Source of the DNA: Candidatus Latescibacterota bacterium
Lineage (GTDB): Bacteria > Latescibacterota > UBA2968
Direction of reading: 5' to 3'
Assembly (NCBI GenBank): GCA_965204745.1
Contig: OZ242010.1
Coordinates: forward strand, 3,040,001 to 3,104,000
DNA length: 64,000 nt
The translations under genes were made by a program, and so were the position numbers. The notes under the pieces were generated by a model. That model saw only the letters and a program-made list of their open reading frames with translations, did no database searches and was not told where the DNA came from. Of this stretch, positions 53,537 through 61,068 are shown one piece after another. Every line of letters begins with the position of its first letter. The stretch's first letter is position 1.

Positions 53537-54673
53537 ATGAAAGACGACTTCCACCCATCCACGTTCGCGCCGCCGCTCGTGTGGGCGCGTCTCATTCTGG
53601 CGAACGGAGGTGTGCCCAAGCCGTATTGGGGCAGACTCGCGCGGATTCTGATCGCCACCACCCTGGCCACGCCGTTGCGCCTTGCGGAATGGCTATTGTA
53701 TGCCCGGCAAATCGCCAACACAAAAATCGAGCACGCGCCCTTGTTCGTCGTTGGGTTCGGGCGCTCCGGCACGACGCACTTGCAAAATCTGCTCGCGCAA
53801 GACCCCACGTACGGATACGTATCTACCTATCAGATTATGACATCGACCTTTTCGCTGGTCGGGCAGGGATGGTTGAAACGCCTGATGGAAAAGGGTCTGA
53901 CGGAGATGGGCGCGCAAACTCGGCCAATGGACAACGTGAAAGTCGATCTGGATTCGCCGCAAGAAGAAGATGCGGCACTCGCTAGCTCCAGCATTCAGTC
54001 CGCTATCCACCACCTCACTTTTCCGCAACAGCGTTGGCGGTTGTATGAAAAGTACGTGCTGATGGGCGCGGCCCCCGAGGGCGAGCGTCTGACGGCAAGG
54101 GAACTGCGCCGGTGGGAGCGGGCGTACCTGCGCGTCTTGCAGAAGACGACGATCCACAACGGCGGCAAGCGACTCCTATTAAAAAGTGTGGTCAACATCG
54201 GCCGGGTCGATCACCTGCTGCGCCTCTTTCCCGACGCCAAGTTCATTCACATCATTCGCAATCCATACAACTTGTACCCGTCGCTCCTGCATCTGTACCG
54301 CGAGTTGCTGCACTTGTATCAACTCGATGACTACGACTGGTCGGAAATAGAGTCGTTTGTCACCGAGACCTATCCGCGCTTGATGCAGAAGTACTTGGCG
54401 GACCGCACTCTGATTCCGGCCGGCCACCTTGCGGAAGTGCGCTTCGAGGATCTCGAGCGCGACCCCCTCGGCGAACTAGCGCGGCTCTACGCCGAGCTCG
54501 ACCTGCCCGACTGGGAAAACGCCGAGCCGCATATCGCCGCGTACCTCGAGACCATCGCCGATTATCGCAAGAACGAATTTCGGATCGAGCAATCGATCAT
54601 CGAGCGGGTAGGGGAGAAATGGCGGTTCGCCGTAGAAGAGTGGAACTATCGACCACCGAGCGGCGATTCCTAA
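53537..54673 (+). CDS. Sulfotransferase (Stf3-like), paralog 2
   Basis: Same motifs as paralog 1. Confidence 0.88.
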   Translation: MKDDFHPSTFAPPLVWARLILANGGVPKPYWGRLARILIATTLATPLRLAEWLLYARQIANTKIEHAPLFVVGFGRSGTTHLQNLLAQDPTYGYVSTYQIMTSTFSLVGQGWLKRLMEKGLTEMGAQTRPMDNVKVDLDSPQEEDAALASSSIQSAIHHLTFPQQRWRLYEKYVLMGAAPEGERLTARELRRWERAYLRVLQKTTIHNGGKRLLLKSVVNIGRVDHLLRLFPDAKFIHIIRNPYNLYPSLLHLYRELLHLYQLDDYDWSEIESFVTETYPRLMQKYLADRTLIPAGHLAEVRFEDLERDPLGELARLYAELDLPDWENAEPHIAAYLETIADYRKNEFRIEQSIIERVGEKWRFAVEEWNYRPPSGDS

Positions 54674-54691
54674 ACCGACCAGAGGAGTGCA

Positions 54692-54730
54692 ATGGCCCTG
54701 CGGTTTGCCTAAGCGTTGCTCTGCGGATCA
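54692..54730 (+). pseudogene. Relic of the GPP34-P450 gene start
   Basis: gcaatggccctgcggtttgcctaa matches gcaatggccctgcgatttgccgaa at 56027, with GAA changed to TAA. Confidence 0.7.
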
Positions 54731-54874
54731 GCCCTCGCGTTTGTTCCCGAGTCGCATCTGAGCGTGCTCATCGAAAAGGACTGAAATCGCCCCCGGCGTT
54801 CTGCGCGGTCACCATGCGACCTCCACATGAGATTTATGTATCAGCGCGACCACTGATCACCTGTGAGGAATGCC

Positions 54875-56011
54875 ATGCAAAACGACTTCCACCCATTCAC
54901 GTTCGCGCCGCCGCTCGTGTGGGCGCGTCTCGTTCTGGCGAATCGCGGTGTGCCCAAGCCGTATTGGGGCAAACTCGCGCGGATTTTGATCGCCACCGCC
55001 ATGGCCACGCCCTTGCGCCTTGCGGAATGGCTATTGTATGCCCGACAAATCGCCAACACAAAAATCGAGCACGCCCCCTTGTTCATCTTGGGTTATGCGC
55101 GTTCCGGCACGACGCACTTGCAGAATCTGCTCGCGCAGGATCACGCGTACGGATGCGTATCTACTTATCAGGCTGTGACGGCGACCTTTTCGCTGGTCGG
55201 GCAGGGACGGTTGAAACGCCTGATGGAAAAGGGCATGGAAGACATGGGCGAGCAAACCCGTCCGATGGACAACATGAAAGTCGGTCTGGACGCGCCGCAG
55301 GAAGAAGACGTGGCACTCGCCAACTCGAGTATTATGTCCGTTATCCACCAACTTTCCTTTCCGAAACAGTGTTGGCGGTTGTTTGAAAAGTACTCGCTGA
55401 TGGGCGCGGACCCCGATGGCGAGCGTTTGACGGCAAGCGAATTGCGCCGGTGGGAGCGGGCGTACTTGCGCGTCTTGCAGAAGACGACGATCCACACCGG
55501 CGGCCGGCAACTCCTCCTAAAAAATGTGGCCAACCTCGGCCGGGTTGACCACCTGTTGCGCCTCTTCCCCGACGCCAAGTTCATCTACATCGTTCGCAAT
55601 CCATACGACGTGTACCCATCGCTCATGAAGTTGCACCACTCCCTGCTTCCCCTGTATCAGCTAGACGACTACAACTGGTCGGAAGTGGAGGAGTTCCTCG
55701 TCGAGAGTTATGCGTGCGTGATGCAGAAGTACTTGGCGGACCGCGCTCTGATTCCGGCCGGCCACCTGGCGGAAGTGCGCTTTGAGGATCTCGAGCGCGA
55801 CCCCCTCGGCGAACTGGCGCGGCTCTACGCCGAGCTCGACCTGCCCGACTGGGAAAACGCCCAGACGCAGATCGCCGCGTACCTCGAGACCATCGCCGAT
55901 TATCGCAAGAACGAGTTCCAACTCGATCAATCGATTATTGACCGAGTAGAGGAGAAATGGCGGTTCGTCGTAGAAGAGTGGAACTATCAACGGCCGAGCG
56001 GCGACGCCTAA
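54875..56011 (+). CDS. Sulfotransferase (Stf3-like), paralog 3
   Basis: GYARSGTTHL and the same motifs; ~100 bp leader nearly identical to that of paralog 1. Confidence 0.88.
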   Translation: MQNDFHPFTFAPPLVWARLVLANRGVPKPYWGKLARILIATAMATPLRLAEWLLYARQIANTKIEHAPLFILGYARSGTTHLQNLLAQDHAYGCVSTYQAVTATFSLVGQGRLKRLMEKGMEDMGEQTRPMDNMKVGLDAPQEEDVALANSSIMSVIHQLSFPKQCWRLFEKYSLMGADPDGERLTASELRRWERAYLRVLQKTTIHTGGRQLLLKNVANLGRVDHLLRLFPDAKFIYIVRNPYDVYPSLMKLHHSLLPLYQLDDYNWSEVEEFLVESYACVMQKYLADRALIPAGHLAEVRFEDLERDPLGELARLYAELDLPDWENAQTQIAAYLETIADYRKNEFQLDQSIIDRVEEKWRFVVEEWNYQRPSGDA

Positions 56012-56029
56012 ACCAACGGGAGGTTTGCA

Positions 56030-58012
56030 ATGGCCCTGCGATTTGCCGAAGAGTTACTGTTGCTGATTCTAAACGAGGATTACGGTGACCTTGCACCTGT
56101 TCCCGAGCCGCATCTGAACCACGCGCTCGCCGGGGCGGTGCTCATGGACTTGGCCCTCGAAAATCGGATCGACACGGACCCCGAAAAGTTGATTCTGGTC
56201 GATTCCACGCCGGTCAAAGACGATCTCCTGGACCCAGTGCTGGCCGACATCGCGCAGACCGCGGAAACGCACAACGCACAATACTGGGTGCGCCGCATCG
56301 CACAAACCGGCGAGCAAATTCGCAACCACACGCTCGCCCGCCTGCTGAAAGCCGGCATTCTGGACTCCGCGGAGGAAGGGGCCATCTCTTTGGCGCGTAG
56401 CGTGGCGCGCTCCCGTCGGTATCCGAACTATAGTATAGATGCCGAACAGGAAGTGCGGTTGCGGATCATGCGCGTTTTGTTCAGCGACGACATCCCCGAA
56501 CCGCGCGACATCGCGATCATCTGCTTGGCCGACGCCTGTGGCATGTTCGAGAAAATCCTGTCGAAAGAAGAGTTGCAGGAGGCGAGCGAGCGCATCGATA
56601 TCGTTTCGCGGCTGGATCTAATCGGGCGAGCCATCCCCGAGGCGGTGCGCGAATCCGCACAGGAGGCGACCGCTCCGGGCGCGGCGGTCGCGCCCAAGCA
56701 GATCCCCATGGTCAAGGGATTGCCCATAGTCGGCAGCGCGCTAAAAGCCGCCAAGGACATCCGCGCTTTTATGACACAGCAGTACCTAGAACTGGGGCCG
56801 GTGTTTGAAATCCGGCTCCTCAATCAGAAGATACTGGTTCTCGCCGGCCCGGAAGCCAATCAGTTCGTCAATCGGAAGGGGCGGTTCTTTTTCCGATCGT
56901 ACGAGCCTTATCGAGGGGTTAGCGATGGTCTCAACGCATCTCGGATGATCCTCAACATGGATGGGCCGGAACACGTGCGATACCGTCAGGCTTTCGCCTC
57001 TGCCTTCTCGCGGGCGCGGCTCCAGAAGCATCTCGACATCGCCAGCGACATCGCTCGGAGCCAAGTCAAGACCTGGCCGCTCAATCGACCTATCCAGCCG
57101 CTCCATGCATTACAACACATCATCGCGGATCAGATGGGCACGATTTTGTCCGGCACACCTGCGGGCGACTATTTGGAAGATTTGGTCTTCCTGCTCGAAA
57201 CGTTGCTGAAGACCACGCTGACGCAGCTTCCCGCGTTTTTGTTCAGGCGCAGATTTGAGAAAGCGCGCCAGCGGCTCAAAGGCCTGGCTCAAAAGACGCT
57301 GAAGGCCCATGAGCCCGGAGGGCCGTATTGCGACGCCGCCGACTTGATAAACGACATAATCGACCTCCACCGCTCGGACCCACAGTTCCTGCCCGAGACC
57401 GACATGATGGCTGTGGTGCTAGCCCCCTATCTGGTGGGGATTGAGACCGTCGGCACCACCTGCGCGTTCACGCTCTATGCCATCCTCAAGCACCCGGATT
57501 TGATGGCGCGGATGACGGCCGAGGCCGACGCCCTGTTCGCCCATGGGGAGTATCCGACCGCAGAAAGTCTGCGCCAGCTCGATGTCACCCACCGGGTAGT
57601 GTTGGAATCGCTGCGGATGTATCCGGCCGCGCCCACTGTTTTCCGTACCGTATCAAACTCATTCGATTTTGCTGGCTACCACATTCCCGCTGGCCGGATG
57701 CTGTTTGTAGCCACGACGGTGACGCATCGCTTGCCGGAGTATTTTCCCGATCCAGACCGCTTTGACATCGACCGCTACTCGCCCGAGCGCGCCGAGCACA
57801 GACAGCCCAACGCCTATGTGCCTTTCGGCGTGGGCACCCACCGGTGTTTGGGGGCCGGGTTTGCCGAGATGCAGACCTTGCTAACGCTGGCGGCGATCAT
57901 GCGCGAGGCCGAACTCGTCCTAGATCCGCCCGGCTATGAATTGAAAATGACGAATGTGCCGACGCCGCGCCCGGCGAAGAATTTCAAATTCAAGGTGGCG
58001 AGATGGCGGTGA
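56030..58012 (+). CDS. GPP34 (GOLPH3/Vps74-family) domain fused to cytochrome P450
   Basis: N-terminal LRFAEELLLL..LAGAVLMDLALENRID; P450 motifs VGIETV, ESLR, PDRF, PFGVGTHRCLG. Confidence 0.85.
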   Translation: MALRFAEELLLLILNEDYGDLAPVPEPHLNHALAGAVLMDLALENRIDTDPEKLILVDSTPVKDDLLDPVLADIAQTAETHNAQYWVRRIAQTGEQIRNHTLARLLKAGILDSAEEGAISLARSVARSRRYPNYSIDAEQEVRLRIMRVLFSDDIPEPRDIAIICLADACGMFEKILSKEELQEASERIDIVSRLDLIGRAIPEAVRESAQEATAPGAAVAPKQIPMVKGLPIVGSALKAAKDIRAFMTQQYLELGPVFEIRLLNQKILVLAGPEANQFVNRKGRFFFRSYEPYRGVSDGLNASRMILNMDGPEHVRYRQAFASAFSRARLQKHLDIASDIARSQVKTWPLNRPIQPLHALQHIIADQMGTILSGTPAGDYLEDLVFLLETLLKTTLTQLPAFLFRRRFEKARQRLKGLAQKTLKAHEPGGPYCDAADLINDIIDLHRSDPQFLPETDMMAVVLAPYLVGIETVGTTCAFTLYAILKHPDLMARMTAEADALFAHGEYPTAESLRQLDVTHRVVLESLRMYPAAPTVFRTVSNSFDFAGYHIPAGRMLFVATTVTHRLPEYFPDPDRFDIDRYSPERAEHRQPNAYVPFGVGTHRCLGAGFAEMQTLLTLAAIMREAELVLDPPGYELKMTNVPTPRPAKNFKFKVARWR

Positions 58013-58055
58013 AGAATCCCGTGCGAAAGCCAATGACCCAAGAGGAGGAAAAGCA

Positions 58056-58634
58056 ATGGCACAGTTGAATACCGCGCGCCTGTCCCCTGAAGAAGAAGCG
58101 GATGGGTTCGCGCTTTTGTTTAATGGCAAAGACCTGAACGGCTGGAAAATCATCGGGCCAGCAGAGGGGTGGGAAGTCCAAGCGGGGTTGCTGGTGTGCA
58201 ATGGCGAGGGCAGGGGATGGATTCGCCCGGAAGATACGTACTCGGATTTTGTGTTGCGCTTGGCGTATCGGATCAGCGCGGGGGGCAACAGCGGGATTTT
58301 TGTGCGGACGAGCGAGGAGGGGCGACCCGCGTACCAAGGGATGGAGATCCAACTTTACGACGTGCCACACGATCCGCTGACCGACAAATCAAATGGCGCG
58401 ATCTACGACGCGGTCGCGCCCACGAGCGATCCGGCGCGACCGGCCGGGCACTGGAACGCGGTCGAAGTGTCCTGCCAAGGCCCGATGGTGCGCGTGATCA
58501 TCAATGGTTGCGAGGTCGTCGCCTGCAATGTGGACGACCATCCCGACTTAAAAGACCGCTTGACGTCCGGGTACATCGGCCTTCAAAACCACCGCAGCCC
58601 CATCTCATTTCGCAATGTGCGACTAAAAAAATAG
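58056..58634 (+). CDS. DUF1080 (3-keto-disaccharide hydrolase-like) protein
   Basis: LFNGKDLNGW, GGNSGIFVR, EIQL, GAIYD, GHWN, GYIGLQNH..FRNV. Confidence 0.88.
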   Translation: MAQLNTARLSPEEEADGFALLFNGKDLNGWKIIGPAEGWEVQAGLLVCNGEGRGWIRPEDTYSDFVLRLAYRISAGGNSGIFVRTSEEGRPAYQGMEIQLYDVPHDPLTDKSNGAIYDAVAPTSDPARPAGHWNAVEVSCQGPMVRVIINGCEVVACNVDDHPDLKDRLTSGYIGLQNHRSPISFRNVRLKK

Positions 58635-58636
58635 AT

Positions 58637-59989
58637 TCACGCTTTCCATGCGGCGAGGACGCGGTCAAAGGCGCGGGCGGTTTGTTCGAGATCGGCGGGC
58701 GTGTGAACCGCGGAGATCACGCCGCCGGGCCAGGGCATGATATCCACGCCCTCGGCGAGCAGACCACAGCGCAGTTCGTGGATTTGCGCGCTCGACGTCC
58801 CGCCCTTGAGCACCGCAGACGGCACTTTTCCAGCGTAAATATCCGAGCGTGTATAAGTCTGATCCTCGGCCAAGGGCAAGAGGTGAAAGCCGGAAAATTC
58901 GCCATACACGAGCCAGTTCAGGCCGCGTTTTTGAATGGCGTCATCGAGCGCGTTTCGCAGGAGTTCGCCGTTTTGATTGGCGCGCTCCGCGATCCCATTT
59001 TCCGCGACGATCTCGAGCGTGGTCAACCCGGCGCATGCCGAAATGGGGTTGGCATTAAACGTGCCCTGGTGGGGCACGCGGCGTTTCTCATTCCACAAAG
59101 CGTCGTCGCGAAAAGTCAGGATGTCGAGCAGATCGGCGCGCCCGGCAATCGCGCCGCCGGGAAAACCGCCCGCTACGATTTTGGCAAACAGAGCTAGGTC
59201 GGGCGTCACGTTGTAGTATTCCTGAGCGCCCCCGGGCGCGACTCGGAACCCGGTTATGACTTCGTCGAAAATGAGCAACACATCGCGGTCGCGGGTCAGT
59301 GCGCGCAACTGACGCAAAAACGCGCCCTGCGTGGGCACGCGCCCAAAACTCGCGCCCGTCGGTTCTAAAATCACCGCTGCAATGTCGTCTCGGCTGTCGA
59401 GTGCTCGCGCGACTTGCTCGATGTCGTTGGGTTCGCACAGCACGGTATTTTCGATATTGTCGTCCGTAATCCCCCTCGGCGGCGTGCCGTCAAAGCCGGA
59501 CGAGGCCGCAAAAGCGACCTGATCGTGCCAACCGTGGAAATTGGTCGCAAAGCGCAGGATTTTGGGTTTGTCTTTGTACGCACGGGCCACGCGCAAAGCC
59601 AACAGGCTGGCCTCTGTGCCCGATGCGGTAAAGCGCGCTTTGTCCGCGCAAGGCACCATCCGAATGATTTGCTCTGCCCATTCGAGTTCGAGTTCGTGAG
59701 ACGCGCCGTAATGCGTGCCCTTGCCGAGTTGCTCGCGCACGGCTTCGGTCACTCGGGGGTGGTTGTGACCCAAAATCAACGCGCCGTGCCCGCCGAAATA
59801 GTCGATGTATTCGCGCCCATCCACATCCCATTTGCGCGCGCCCTGTGCGCGGTCGACAAAGAGCGGATAGGGAATCAGATGGCGCGTATCGTGCGTGACC
59901 CCACTGGGAAATGTCTCGCGTGCCCGCTGGTACAAAGCGCGTGACTTGGGCGTTCGCGCCACGTATTTTTGAATCGACAGATCGCTCAT
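58637..59989 (-). CDS. Class III aminotransferase (GSA-aminomutase-like)
   Basis: WDVDGREYIDY, LGH, SGTEA, FHGWHD, ILEP, LIFDEVITGFR, FAKIVAGG, HQGTFNANP. Confidence 0.9.
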   Translation of the reverse strand: MSDLSIQKYVARTPKSRALYQRARETFPSGVTHDTRHLIPYPLFVDRAQGARKWDVDGREYIDYFGGHGALILGHNHPRVTEAVREQLGKGTHYGASHELELEWAEQIIRMVPCADKARFTASGTEASLLALRVARAYKDKPKILRFATNFHGWHDQVAFAASSGFDGTPPRGITDDNIENTVLCEPNDIEQVARALDSRDDIAAVILEPTGASFGRVPTQGAFLRQLRALTRDRDVLLIFDEVITGFRVAPGGAQEYYNVTPDLALFAKIVAGGFPGGAIAGRADLLDILTFRDDALWNEKRRVPHQGTFNANPISACAGLTTLEIVAENGIAERANQNGELLRNALDDAIQKRGLNWLVYGEFSGFHLLPLAEDQTYTRSDIYAGKVPSAVLKGGTSSAQIHELRCGLLAEGVDIMPWPGGVISAVHTPADLEQTARAFDRVLAAWKA

Positions 59990-60039
59990 GTCTTCTCCTT
60001 TCTCCTGTCGCGTGTTTCCATCGCCTGATCTATGGATTG

Positions 60040-60068
60040 TTGACTTGCATGGATTCACACAGTATCGT
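60040..60068 (+). promoter_or_regulatory. Candidate sigma70 promoter
   Basis: TTGACT-N17-TATCGT upstream of the PhyH-family gene. Confidence 0.4.
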
Positions 60069-60158
60069 ATCTTGATCAGCGATGCCCGTCGAGTTGCTGT
60101 TTCAACCGGGCAACCACATCCGGGCTGAGGCTATTCACCTCTCAATCGGGATAACGCT

Positions 60159-60992
60159 ATGTCGCAAGCCATTCTCAAGCCAGAAGAAACAAAACATCTC
60201 ACGCGGGCGCAAGTGGCGCAGTTTGTGGAGAACGGGTTTGTCGTGGTTCCGGGATTGATCGATCCGGACCGCGTCAATGCGGGGCTGAAGGAGTTGAAAG
60301 ACAAAACCGGGATCGTGCCCGATGATGCGAAGACGTGGCCCTCGGATAAGGCGGGTATGCACGTCGGACAAGAGGGCATTGCGTTTGATCGCACCGCGTG
60401 CATCTCGCCGCGCATGGAAGCCGTGGTGCGCGAACTGGCCGGGGCCGCTGTGACCTGCGAGCGCGGGTTGGGGTACATGTTGCGATTTCCGCAACCGGGG
60501 CCCAAGCAATTTGAACCGGGCGGGGCGCATATTGACGGCACGCGCCAAGGGAATGGCCTCACGATGTACCCGACCCATTTTCACCTCTTGGCCATGGCCT
60601 ATCTGACGGATACAGAGGCGTGCGACGGGGCGTTCACCGTTTGGCCGGGCAGCCCGCGGCAGGTGTTTTCATGGGCGTATTGCAATGGCGTCGATTTGGG
60701 CGAGAAGTGGCGGACAACGGGCAGCACGGGCGCGCCGGATATTCCGCTCAACGATCCCATGCCGGTCGTCGCACGCGCCGGCGACGTGGCGATTTGCCAC
60801 TACTTGATGGTGCATGCCAGTTCCGCCAACCGCGGCGACCATGTGCGCGTCGGGCTTCACGGGTGGCTAAAGGCCGTACCCGATCACCGCTATGTGCCCA
60901 AAGCCGGCCCCCCGCAACGCGATTGGACCCCGTTGGACTGGGTTTTGAGAACGGACGACTTAACTGGAGAAAGGAGATCTTTGGGATACTGA
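60159..60992 (+). CDS. Phytanoyl-CoA dioxygenase (PhyH)-family Fe/2OG oxygenase
   Basis: LTRAQVAQFVENGFVVV, HID, YLTD..GAFTVWPGS, AGDV..H..VH..N..R. Confidence 0.82.
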   Translation: MSQAILKPEETKHLTRAQVAQFVENGFVVVPGLIDPDRVNAGLKELKDKTGIVPDDAKTWPSDKAGMHVGQEGIAFDRTACISPRMEAVVRELAGAAVTCERGLGYMLRFPQPGPKQFEPGGAHIDGTRQGNGLTMYPTHFHLLAMAYLTDTEACDGAFTVWPGSPRQVFSWAYCNGVDLGEKWRTTGSTGAPDIPLNDPMPVVARAGDVAICHYLMVHASSANRGDHVRVGLHGWLKAVPDHRYVPKAGPPQRDWTPLDWVLRTDDLTGERRSLGY

Positions 60993-61068
60993 GATTTTGG
61001 TTAGATGCAGTTCGCCGCGGGGGATTCGTCCCCACGCAAAGTCGCAATCACACACAAGGAGTTGACGC

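Noticed and set aside
58637-59989. Assigning the symbol hemL
   Set aside because: GSA-aminomutase-like, but divergent and without tetrapyrrole gene context
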